From assembly GCA_000998135.1 (NCBI GenBank), contig LCCV01000002.1:29421-93420 (forward strand): a stretch of DNA of 64,000 nt. The letters are read 5' to 3'. This document shows positions 28,379 through 38,300 of the stretch, piece after piece; the first letter of the stretch is position 1, and every line of letters begins with the position of its first letter. This DNA is from Parcubacteria group bacterium GW2011_GWA2_42_14 (GTDB lineage: Bacteria > Patescibacteriota > Minisyncoccia > Sungbacterales > GWA2-42-14). Position numbers and translations under genes: made by a program. The notes under the pieces are model-generated. The model saw only the letters and a list, made by a program, of their open reading frames with translations. It was not told the DNA's origin and did not search any database.

Positions 28379-30844
28379 TTAAACGCTAATAAATTTAATT
28401 AATTCATCTATCATCCTTTTCTTAGTAAATTGTTTGGCGGTTTTTATGCCGTTTTCGCTTAATTTTGAATAAAGTCCGGAATCGGTCAACAATATTTCAA
28501 TTGCCCCTTTTATATCATTTTTACCGTTATACGCAACAAGCAAGCCGTTTTCCTTGTCCTGAATAATTTCCGCGTTGCCGCCGCAAGCCGTAGTAATAAC
28601 GGGAATTCCCGCGCCTAACGCTTCCACCAGCTGATGGGAAAAACCCTCATAAGCGGTATTTAAAATGAAAATATCGGATGCCCTTAAATATTTAAAAATT
28701 TCTTCGTGATTGATTTTTCCGAGCAAAGCAATGTGGTTTCCCAATCCCGAACCGCCGATTTTTAATTCCAAATTCCCGCGTTCGGGGCCGTCTCCTATAA
28801 TAATCAACTTCAATTGCGGCCGGTTTTTTATCAATCCGGAAAAAATATCAATTACCGCTCCAAACCCTTTCCATTTTACTATTCTACCTATAGAAATAAT
28901 TATTTTCTCTTCGGGCAAAATTTTCAATTCTCTCCTTAAAACATCCTTATTTTTATTAATCGCGTTCGCGCCAACGGAATTATATATGACCGTAATTTTG
29001 CTGTATCGGGCTCCCCAGCCGACCGCCAGATTTTTTAAATAATGGGACGGTACGATTATTTTATCGGAATGCCTCGCGATAAATGCCTGCAAGGCCCGTA
29101 AAAATTCAACGGCAATGCCGTATTTTTGCGCCTGAAACAAATCAATAGCGTCATCAACGCCGAATCTGGCCATTCCCTGTTCCCATGCATAATCCCCGGT
29201 AATTTTCAAAAAAAAATTTTTTCTTAAAAAAATGCTCGCGGCATAAGCCGGGAAACCGGCAGAAATAACGTCTTGAGCATAAAAAATATCAGTATTAAAA
29301 CCATTTTTTAAGCATTGGCAAAAATAAATAAAATGTCTCAACCCCTTAGGAATTCTTCTTGATACGGTAATAAGTTTATAGCCCGCCGTGTTTGGAATTT
29401 GCTTGCCCTCCGTAGCTTTTCCGGCCTTCGTAGCCGAGGATACTTCGGCGGAGTAGGCAGCGAAGGAGGGGGATTTCAAATCATCCGCATAAGTAATAAC
29501 CTTAATTATAAAATTGCGCTTGGCTAATTCCTCGGCGATTGTCTTTGTGTAGGTAGCCGGTCCTCCGATATCAGAAGGAAAAATTCCGGTAGCAAGCAAA
29601 ATGAGCGGCTTGGAAAATCTGTCAATCTGGGTTAAAAATAATTTTGAGAAATTTTGAGAAATTTTTTCCCAATCATATTTTTCAATTACAAGTTTTTTAG
29701 CCGCCGAAATTACTTCATTTTTATTTATTTCTCCTTTTATGACTGAAAGAATTTTTTGTGAAAGGTCGTCGGGGTCATCCACTTTCGCAAAAAAACCGGT
29801 TTTTTGGTCTTTAAGAAAATCAGGAATTCCTCCGACCGGCGTCGCGATTACCGGAATTTCCGCGGCCATGGCTTCTATGAAAGAATTTCCAAACCCCTCG
29901 GAGCGCGCCGGCCTGACAAACACATCGGCTAATTTAAGATATTTTAATAAATTTTTATGGGAAAATTCTCCGGCAAATATAATATCATCCAAAACTCCCA
30001 GAGAACGCGCCAAATCCTTTAAATTATGGGCTTCCGGCCCTACCCCCAAAATCAAAAATTTAACAGGCAATTTTTTCTCTTTTTTTCTGATTATAGCCAA
30101 GGCCCTGATAACCGTATCCAGGCCGTTTTTGGACACAAGGCGGGAAGTGGTAATAATTATTTTTTCATTGCCCTTAAGGGCAAGATGGCCCCTAACCTCT
30201 TCAATTTCTTCCGCGTTTATTTCTTTCATAAAATTGGATAAATCTACGCCGTTCGGCAACACCTTACCCATCCCTTGATAATTAAAACGATGCGCGACAT
30301 CCAAAAGATACGCGGAAATAGCCGTTACAAAATCGCACATTTTAAAAGCGTAACGAAACCCGAGAATGTTTACGAGATAAAATCTGGATTTTCTCAAATG
30401 CTCTTCGGTATCCCCTTCCTGCAATGTAAGGATATAAGGAACTTTCGGAAAAAATAATTTAAGGGTGCTTGCGGCAATGGAACCGTAAGAAGCCATGACT
30501 ACCCAAAGCACGCGGGGACGGGAGCGGAAATGAGCAAGGAGGAAACAGGAATAAAAAAAACAGGTTATTGGCAGTAAAAATTTATCCCACGGCTTGCCGA
30601 AGCCCAGCCGGATAATTCTGGCTCCTTCTTTAAATTCACGGCGGGGCAGTTCTTTCCTAAAGCGGGCAGTAAGAATAAAAAAATCAAACTCACCCTGCAT
30701 ACGCTTAACATTTTCAAGTATGGCAATTTCAGCCCCTCCGATAAACGGGTCATAGGCCGTGGTAAATACCAAAACAATGGGTTTTTTATTGTTATTTTCA
30801 GCAGTCAATAACACGATTTTAACACAATTTTCATAATTTTCCAA
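28379..30844 (-). CDS. Tandem GT4-GT4 fusion with an in-frame nested palindrome insert
   Basis: EGFGNSFIEAMAA and EGFSHQLVEALGAG; second domain starts LATGIFPSDIGGPATY. Confidence 0.9.
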   Translation of the reverse strand: MENYENCVKIVLLTAENNNKKPIVLVFTTAYDPFIGGAEIAILENVKRMQGEFDFFILTARFRKELPRREFKEGARIIRLGFGKPWDKFLLPITCFFYSCFLLAHFRSRPRVLWVVMASYGSIAASTLKLFFPKVPYILTLQEGDTEEHLRKSRFYLVNILGFRYAFKMCDFVTAISAYLLDVAHRFNYQGMGKVLPNGVDLSNFMKEINAEEIEEVRGHLALKGNEKIIITTSRLVSKNGLDTVIRALAIIRKKEKKLPVKFLILGVGPEAHNLKDLARSLGVLDDIIFAGEFSHKNLLKYLKLADVFVRPARSEGFGNSFIEAMAAEIPVIATPVGGIPDFLKDQKTGFFAKVDDPDDLSQKILSVIKGEINKNEVISAAKKLVIEKYDWEKISQNFSKLFLTQIDRFSKPLILLATGIFPSDIGGPATYTKTIAEELAKRNFIIKVITYADDLKSPSFAAYSAEVSSATKAGKATEGKQIPNTAGYKLITVSRRIPKGLRHFIYFCQCLKNGFNTDIFYAQDVISAGFPAYAASIFLRKNFFLKITGDYAWEQGMARFGVDDAIDLFQAQKYGIAVEFLRALQAFIARHSDKIIVPSHYLKNLAVGWGARYSKITVIYNSVGANAINKNKDVLRRELKILPEEKIIISIGRIVKWKGFGAVIDIFSGLIKNRPQLKLIIIGDGPERGNLELKIGGSGLGNHIALLGKINHEEIFKYLRASDIFILNTAYEGFSHQLVEALGAGIPVITTACGGNAEIIQDKENGLLVAYNGKNDIKGAIEILLTDSGLYSKLSENGIKTAKQFTKKRMIDELIKFISV
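29406..29470. mobile_element. CCCTCCGTAGCTTT-AGCGAAGGAGGG palindrome split by a 39-bp related palindrome (29420-29458)
   Basis: Encodes PSFAAYSAEVSSATKAGKATEG; related units at 60733-60762 and 44107-44133. Confidence 0.85.
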
Positions 30845-30901
30845 TAAAATACCGCAACGCTTAAAAAAATCGCCTAATTAATAAGCGATTAATTTATACA
30901 A

Positions 30902-32029
30902 TTATCTCTTTTTCGCAAGGGATGCGGTAGAATATCCTTCTATGCCGGTTACTTCCCGAAGCGGATAAAAAAACGGAGGAATTTCAACCGGTTCATTTTT
31001 ATCAATCAATTCTATTTCAAGAATAGCCAACCCCTTAAGACGTTCCGGTTTTTCAAAAATATCCAGTTCAAAATATTGATTTTTCCACAAAAAATAATGC
31101 CGTCTTTTATGAATGACATTACGCGTTTCATCGCGTTCATTTTCAAAAAAATCATTGTATTCTTTGCCATTGATCCGCGATTCATCCTCTATTGCCGCGC
31201 CGGCTTCCAAACCGCTTTTTTGAGTATGGTAATACAAACTAAAACCGCCACACACACGTTTTCTTATTCTTGACATGGGTTTACCGACCTCATGTTTAAG
31301 GTAAACCTGCTCCATAAAAACCTTAACCACTTTGACATTATACGGAGCTTCAACCACCACCATGTCGGAATAACCTAAATATCCCAGTAAAAATCTGCGC
31401 TCAATCTCAAGGGACCGCGGGATTCCCGCAAAGTGCCGTATCGCTTTTAATGTATTGAGAATTTTTTCTTCAAAATCAGCGCGGCTTTCTATCACCCGTA
31501 AATGCGGACAACCAATCCATGTTTCCCGGGTTCTCCCATCAAGAGAGGCGGCTTTTTCCGGTGATTCTGTTCTTGCGGTATTATTGGCCGTAGTATAAGA
31601 ATTTTCAGCGCCGATAGCGGCGGTAACCAAATGTATTACGCCGTCATTGATATCGCGCAATTCTGATACACTAATTCCCAATTTGCGTATCATGGCTTCA
31701 AGTTGCCCGGGAGGAAGGTAAGCAGAACCGCTCATAGTGCTACGGTCTTTAAGCAAAATAACAATTTTTTTGTTTTTATACCGCTCTGCTATTCTTCTAT
31801 ACCACCTTTCTTTCTCAATTTGCATAAACAGGATATGCATTTGAAATTCTTCATTAGAAAGTCCGTACTTACCGCCAGGAGAAACTCCGGCATTAAAAAC
31901 TTCAGTAGCGGTTTCCGGCACAATAATAATGCCCACATCTTCACTCTCAAGCTCCCTGGCGCGCTTTAAAACAGAGGATTTTCCGGCACCCGGACCGCCG
32001 TCAACAACAATTTCAACAATTCTGTTCAT
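30902..32029 (-). CDS. P-loop NTPase (AAA_28/Ttd14-like) fused to a CYTH domain
   Basis: GGPGAGKS, VPETAT, HLVTAA.GAE; EIERRFL, ELDIF, ILEIE. Confidence 0.85.
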   Translation of the reverse strand: MNRIVEIVVDGGPGAGKSSVLKRARELESEDVGIIIVPETATEVFNAGVSPGGKYGLSNEEFQMHILFMQIEKERWYRRIAERYKNKKIVILLKDRSTMSGSAYLPPGQLEAMIRKLGISVSELRDINDGVIHLVTAAIGAENSYTTANNTARTESPEKAASLDGRTRETWIGCPHLRVIESRADFEEKILNTLKAIRHFAGIPRSLEIERRFLLGYLGYSDMVVVEAPYNVKVVKVFMEQVYLKHEVGKPMSRIRKRVCGGFSLYYHTQKSGLEAGAAIEDESRINGKEYNDFFENERDETRNVIHKRRHYFLWKNQYFELDIFEKPERLKGLAILEIELIDKNEPVEIPPFFYPLREVTGIEGYSTASLAKKR

Positions 32030-32101
32030 CCCTATCCTTTATTTTTACAAAGAACGATAATCTATAAGTATCAGAAAAAATACAAAAGTAAAACCCTCGC
32101 A

Positions 32102-32758
32102 CTATCGAAGGTTTCGGCCATGGCCAAATTCATTATTAATCGGAATGCCGCTTTCACAAAACGGGCACTCACTTTTGTCAAAATCTTCAAAACGTTTTTC
32201 AAACAGGGAAAAAAGCGGAATTCCTCCAAGATCGCCCGAAGTAACTCCACCGCGATTCCATAAGCACCCCAAACCAACAACATTCGCTCCGTAACGGTTT
32301 GCGAGCTCCGTTAATTCGTAAAATGTGCTTCCGGAAGTTAAAATATCATCAATCAAAAACACTTTCTTTCCGGAAATATGCTTTATAAAGGCCCGCGGCA
32401 AAACAAATTTTCTTAAACCGTTATCGCCGTACTGTTTCTTCGCCCACAAAGAAATCCGTTTTCCCCCGAATCGGTCCAAATGTTCTTTTAAAAATCGGGA
32501 CAATATTATGCCGCCTCCTTCCGGGCCTAAAACAACCTCAATTTCACAACCAAGCGATAAATCATATATGTCCTCAGCCATAAACCGGCACATTTGGGAA
32601 ACGGCTTTTAAAACGGTATAAATCGCGTGATGGTCAATATAAACACTGCCGTGCCTTCCAGAAACGTAAACAAAATGGCTATTTTCAATAATCGCTCCGG
32701 CTTCCTTAAAAGAACGCCAAACAAACATCCTCGTCAATTCCTTTTTGCGCGCGCTCAT
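32102..32758 (-). CDS. Type I phosphoribosyltransferase, orotate PRT-like
   Basis: HFVYVSGRHG.VY, FLIDDILTSGST, NRGG. Confidence 0.85.
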   Translation of the reverse strand: MSARKKELTRMFVWRSFKEAGAIIENSHFVYVSGRHGSVYIDHHAIYTVLKAVSQMCRFMAEDIYDLSLGCEIEVVLGPEGGGIILSRFLKEHLDRFGGKRISLWAKKQYGDNGLRKFVLPRAFIKHISGKKVFLIDDILTSGSTFYELTELANRYGANVVGLGCLWNRGGVTSGDLGGIPLFSLFEKRFEDFDKSECPFCESGIPINNEFGHGRNLR

Positions 32759-33072
32759 TTTTCCTCCCTCTTTCTTTTTTTAAAATAAAATCGCCAGCCG
32801 GTTTTTTTATAGATGATAATACGGCTGTTCCTAATCAATTTTCTGAAAAATTTTATCTTCCTAAACAGGCGCAAATGAAACGCGACAATTGTCCTCATCC
32901 ACGGCACATCACCGAGGATTATAATTAACCCGGGAAGCCAAAAAATGAACCCTCCGGGACCCGGAAGCAATCCTACTAAAATACCGATTATGAGCAAAAA
33001 AACGCCGGAAATAATCCTTATCATCCGCAATTGCCAAAGCCGTTTCAGCACATTTATCGCCTTTATTTTCAA
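32755..33072 (-). CDS. Small PGPGW-like membrane protein
   Basis: LLPGPGG within a hydrophobic hairpin. Confidence 0.65.
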   Translation of the reverse strand: MKIKAINVLKRLWQLRMIRIISGVFLLIIGILVGLLPGPGGFIFWLPGLIIILGDVPWMRTIVAFHLRLFRKIKFFRKLIRNSRIIIYKKTGWRFYFKKRKREEK

Positions 33073-33157
33073 AGAACCTACAAAATCTTACTTAAATTCG
33101 TTGCATAAATTTTGGAAAAAATCAATAAAAAAGAATCTTTATTCTTCATCAAAAACC

Positions 33158-33427
33158 TTATTCCAATGTTCTTAAGAACTTGAGAATAATCCTGCCTGTC
33201 GGGCTTAAGGCATGGCGCACGGCCGCTCCCTGATTTCTTTTTAAAACCAAACCGACTAAAGCAAGACGCCTGATATGCTCGGAAGCGGTTTTGAAATTTA
33301 TACCAAGTTCATCGGCAATCTCCATAACCGAAAGTTCCGGCATTTTATCCAAAAGAGCCATTATCTCTATCCGCCTATGATTAGAAAAACCCCTTACTAT
33401 TTTTTCCAAATATCTTGGTTTTTGCAT
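33158..33427 (-). CDS. ArsR-family winged-HTH protein
   Basis: SNHRRIEIM...SEHIRRL...GLV; last codons (ILKFLRTLE*) are the palindrome. Confidence 0.85.
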   Translation of the reverse strand: MQKPRYLEKIVRGFSNHRRIEIMALLDKMPELSVMEIADELGINFKTASEHIRRLALVGLVLKRNQGAAVRHALSPTGRIILKFLRTLE

Positions 33428-33547
33428 AAAATTAAACTGATTAAAATTTCTATAATTAACTCTGTGCTCATACACCATGACCAATATTATATTACTATTT
33501 TTATTCAACCCCGCCTTATTCTAATGTTCTTGAGAACATTAGAATAA
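33158..33547. repeat. 32-bp palindromes on both sides of the ArsR-like gene (33158-33189, 33516-33547); orphan copy 63484-63542
   Basis: TTATTCTAATGTTCT-TG-AGAACATTAGAATAA and a 13/16 variant. Confidence 0.88.
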
Positions 33548-33567
33548 CACAAAGGGATTAAAAAAAA

Positions 33568-35220
33568 TTAAAGACGGCCCAGTGAACGCAGGATAAAAAA
33601 TCCGACCGCGCCAAGAATGCCGACTAAAATGCTTGCCCCCAAAAGAAGTTTTGAATTTATTAAAAATCGACTTTGGCTGTTTAAAACAATCGGAGCGGCG
33701 GTTTGAGAATCCGGCAACTGTTCTGACACCACAATTGAAACATCCGGCATTTTTTCTTCTTTAGCCGTATCTTTAGCTGTGATGTTTCCGATTAGCAAAG
33801 AACTGTCTTTTAATTCTGACGATTCCGGTTTAACCTCTTTTGTTTTGATAACAACTTCCGTTTTAACGCTTAATTCTTTACGGCCCGAATCATCCGCTAA
33901 ACTTTGCTGAACAATTTTTGTATTTAAATTTCCCGGCGAAGGGGCGGATATTTTTATAAATTCGCTGCCTTCTCGCGCAAAACTTTCTTCAACATCCAAT
34001 ACACCTTCAAAATGCGCCGAATCAACAACTCTGCCGTTTGAAGTAACCAGCGTTAAATCGGCGGTTTTGTAGAAAATTTGCATTATGGCATTGGGAAAAA
34101 CAAGCAAGGCGTTTTTGTCCAAAATAGTTGATTGGGGTACGGAAAAAACGCCTCCTGACGCGTCTTTTATAATTAGTCCCCCGATATCAAGTTTCTGGCC
34201 GGTTTCATTTTGAAGTTCAATAAAACCGTCCTGCCCCGGCTTGGCTTCGGAAATTATAATTTTAGGAGTTAAAACTTCAACGTTAAGATAATCAGCGTGA
34301 GATTCTTCGGCAATACTGGCATTAAGGTTCACAATATATTTTCCGGGAAATAAAAAAGTGTGAGATGTAACGCGAATGCCGCTTGTTGAACCATCGCCAA
34401 AATTCCATAAAAATCTGGCATTATCAATTTGTTTGCCTTTTAGATCGGCTACTTTTCCTGAAAACACGGTTTCCTGCCCCGCAAGAACCGTTTTGTCCTC
34501 TCCGGCATAAACTTTAAATGTCTCGGGCATGGCAGATGATGATTGCGAAGGCAGATTTGAAAGCTCGTTTGTTTCCGAAGTTGTATGACCCTCCTGATTT
34601 GGCGGCGGAGGCGACGGTGGAACGTTATTAGAACCGGAAACATAAACACTGTTTTCCGACTTGGGAGTGCCGTTGATTGAATTTCCCGCCGCGTTTTTGC
34701 CGTTTATTTTTTGACCGTTATTTGTTGCCCAATTTGAAGCAATAGAACCATCAGCCAAAGGACTGATTCTTTCCATGGATGTTTCAGGACTAACTAAACC
34801 AGCACACCATTTGTTATCGCAAAGCTCCGGCGAGCTATCAACCACACTGCTATTATCAGCCAATCTTAAAATCATACCCGAATCAACCAGACCGGTTCCA
34901 AAAGCGGTAAAAATATCTGCGGCCACATCCGAAATGGTAGTGTCATCGGTTCGTTCAATAAGATAATAGCCGCCGGAAAAAATTGTGCCGGAAAGAGAAA
35001 TAATTTTTGAAGGAGAGGTTGTGGCCGGTTTGAAAAAAGACAAAGTCCAGCCGGTTAAATCAACTGCCGATGCTGAAGCATTATAAAGCTCAACCCACTC
35101 GTCAGAAGCGCTGACCACGGTACCCATCCAGCCAATTTCATTAATCACAACACCGGCAGCATGAGCCGTAAAAGAAATAGAAAAGAAAATGATTAAAATA
35201 AGAATAAAGCTTTTTCGCAT
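33568..35220 (-). CDS. Surface protein: signal peptide, lamin-tail domain, PKD domain, second lamin-tail domain, C-terminal TM anchor
   Basis: VVINEIGWMG...EWVELYN...DLTGW; WNFGDG...HTF..PG.Y.V; start ATG 35220. Confidence 0.85.
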   Translation of the reverse strand: MRKSFILILIIFFSISFTAHAAGVVINEIGWMGTVVSASDEWVELYNASASAVDLTGWTLSFFKPATTSPSKIISLSGTIFSGGYYLIERTDDTTISDVAADIFTAFGTGLVDSGMILRLADNSSVVDSSPELCDNKWCAGLVSPETSMERISPLADGSIASNWATNNGQKINGKNAAGNSINGTPKSENSVYVSGSNNVPPSPPPPNQEGHTTSETNELSNLPSQSSSAMPETFKVYAGEDKTVLAGQETVFSGKVADLKGKQIDNARFLWNFGDGSTSGIRVTSHTFLFPGKYIVNLNASIAEESHADYLNVEVLTPKIIISEAKPGQDGFIELQNETGQKLDIGGLIIKDASGGVFSVPQSTILDKNALLVFPNAIMQIFYKTADLTLVTSNGRVVDSAHFEGVLDVEESFAREGSEFIKISAPSPGNLNTKIVQQSLADDSGRKELSVKTEVVIKTKEVKPESSELKDSSLLIGNITAKDTAKEEKMPDVSIVVSEQLPDSQTAAPIVLNSQSRFLINSKLLLGASILVGILGAVGFFILRSLGRL

Positions 35221-35300
35221 ACAATATCTGTTGCAAATCACAAAAAATCTGTCAATCTCAATCAATAGATACCTTATAAGTTTCAACATTATAAAAATAT

Positions 35301-35328
35301 AAATTAATTAACGATCGTTAATTAATTT
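35301..35328. repeat. Perfect 28-bp ACGATCGT-centred palindrome (orphan copy of those flanking the PaaX-like gene)
   Basis: AAATTAATTAACGA|TCGTTAATTAATTT. Confidence 0.9.
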
Positions 35329-35351
35329 TTCACTTTAAATATGGCCATATA

Positions 35352-38300
35352 CTACGGCAATAAATCCGGCGGAATGGTTTTTATGACATTGGAATCATCA
35401 TAAAAGTCAATGCCGCCGTTGTTTATGAGGTGATGCGAACTATCCACAGCCATGCCGACGCCGTTGTCGCGAAAAATCAAATTGCTTATAGTAGTGGTTG
35501 CGCTGCCGGAAATAACCAAAGCGTAATATTGCTTGCCGGGCAATAAATTGTCCCGAAAAATCGTATCCGTAACGGTGCTTGAGGCATTACTCGCGAGCCA
35601 AACGCCCTTAAACTTATTTTTTTCAATCACGGAATTTTTAATGGTAAGCGGCTCATTGCCGCCGGCCTTGATTCCGGCAAGATTATACCGCTCTTCTTCT
35701 CCTCCGGCGTATCTTATAACGGCGCCGTCAAAAACCGCTTCTCCAGAACCCCAAAAATCAATGCCCCGCCAATGCCCCAAAATCGGCTGGCTGGAAGTGG
35801 CGTCATTATTGGTATCCCCGCCGTATTCATCATCATAAAATGATGTAAAAACAACCGGCTCCTCGAGGGTGCCATTAGCCGAAAAAGCTCCGGCAATGGT
35901 CAAACCGGTATTAGGCATAAATTTAAACACCGCGCCCTTTTCCGCGGAAATATTTCCCGCAAACGTGTAATTTCCCCAATCAATAATATAAGGCAAGTCC
36001 TTGGCAAAAACATGATCATTGCCCGCGTTATTCCTGATAATAATTCCTTTAACGCCGGGGCTGTCGGAAATAACAGTGTTTCCTCCGAATAACGGCGGAG
36101 AACTTTCCGCAATGATAACATTTCCATTTTTATCAAAAGTGTTGTTGCGAACTTCTCCGCCATGTATGTCGGAGGAAAAAATTCCTCCGCCATTTTCCAA
36201 AAATGTATTATTTAAAACTTTTGGAGCAGAACCGGCTATTATCAATGCCTCAAGAGCGTTTTTATAAAATACGCTATTTTCTATGTTCGCATTGCAGTTT
36301 ATACAAGACAAACCCCTAAGCAAAGAGTGCTCAAGGCGTGAATTTTTAAACGAAAGAGCCGCGCTTGTGATATAAATCATGGCCCTTCTTTTAAACGGCA
36401 AATTATTATCCATATTTCCACCGTATCTGAAAAACGTGTTTAAAAATTCCGAACCGGAGCTTTCCAAATTAAAAGTGAATTGCCTCCAATTGCCTGCTTG
36501 AGGGCATATCGCGGTTGAAGAAGCGTTTAACGGGTCGCAAACGCCATCTTTATTGGTATCTCCGCCGTATTCATCATCATAAATGCCGGTAAAAACAATT
36601 GGCTCTTCGGGCGCGCCTCGCGAAAAGATTTTTCCGTAAACATTAATAATTGCCCAATAATCATTAGGCGGCATAATCTTTATAACCACGCCCGGCTCAA
36701 TATTAAGAACAGCGCCGTCTCTTATAGTTAAACCCGCTCTTCGGATAAGGTAAGGAGAATTTTCTTTGGTCAGAATTCTATCACCAGTCAAATTTCCGTC
36801 AACGGCAATCAAATAATTAACGCTGTTTCTGGCTTTGGGAGTACCATAAACCGGCCCGTCCTCGGCGTTTTTGTTAATATTGACTATTTCCTCTTCAAAA
36901 TAAGTCCCCCAGTTTGCCTGCGTTTCACCCGGAGCGTCCGGGTCAATTCTTTCCATAGAAAATCTTGCTAACAAAATACCTGCGCACCAGCCGGTAGGGC
37001 GCGAGCGATCCCATGGACAAAGTTCCGGGGTTCTATCAATGGTTCGGCTTGGCTCACCACTGGCGGTCGTAGAACCTTTTTCCAGTTTTAAAATCATTCC
37101 GTTGTCATCAAGCCCCGCGCCGAACGAAGCGATAAAATCGGCCTTAATAATTGATACGGCGTTATCATCATCACGCTCAATCAAATAATAACTTTTGGGC
37201 GCGATTTTACCGGAAAGATTGATTATTATTTTTGGCTCGGGCTCGCCGGGCTTAAAAAATTTCAACTGCCAACCGGTTAAATCAATTTCGGCTTCAGAAC
37301 GGCTCTTTAACTCAATCCATTCATCTTCACTGGTGGTTGCCGAATTGCCGGTTCCCGCCCAGGCGATTTCGTTTATAATGACCGGCATTTGATTTATTTC
37401 TAAGATTTTTACAATTTCAGCCGATTCATTTCCGGTTTTATCTTTGGCTTTAGCGCGAAATTCATAAAAAGTGTTTGGGGAAGCAGTAAAAATAAATGAT
37501 GTCGCAAACGGCGCGGTTGACGACGCCGTTGAGGTCGAACCTCCCATGGGAGGTTCGACCTCTATAAATTTCAGAAAATCGTCGCAATCTTGCCACGGCT
37601 GGCTTGTTTTTTGACGATAAGCGCAATTTAGGAAAAAGGACGCAATATCTTCGCTATTGGACTCCAAAAAAATCGTAAGAGTGGTTGTAGCAATAACGCA
37701 ATCAGTTTGAGAAAAACTGTCAGAACATTCCTGAATGTTCAAAGAAATGTCCGGCGGAGTAGTATCGGTCGTTGTAGTAGCAACACCGAGTGCTGCTGAC
37801 GCTTCAGCATCACTCGGTGTTGAAGCTTGAACCGGCGCAACATATTCCCCGCCCGCGCCAGCTATAAAATCACCCAAAGCATAAGGAGGAGGCGGAGGCG
37901 GAGTTGAAGTAGCAACACCGAGTGTTGGCATTGGTAGAAAAACACTCGGTGTTGAAGTGGCTGCAGGAGCCAAATCTAAAGTTTCAGAATCTATGGAGGT
38001 TGAACCTCCATAGATTTGAGGAACGGGCTCAATATCGGAGGTTTCCGAAATGGTTCGACTCGACTCACCATAAAAAGAGCCGAAATTCGCGATTTCGTCA
38101 TCAGCAACACCGAGTGCTGCCGACGCATCGGCATCACTCGGTGTTGACAACTCCGTTGTCGACTCCGTACTCGTAATAATCGCCGCTGTGTAAGAAGTGT
38201 TACTGTCTGAGCTTGCTTGCCCGTCCAAGTTTTCCGCAGAAAAGTTGGTCAGGGTCGAGAACAAACTACTTGTCCAATTCCACGCTTTCTGCCACCACGA

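Noticed and set aside
37781-38146. Mini CRISPR array from CAACACCGAGTG repeats
   Set aside because: Units are inverted pairs, irregularly spaced and inside a long ORF.
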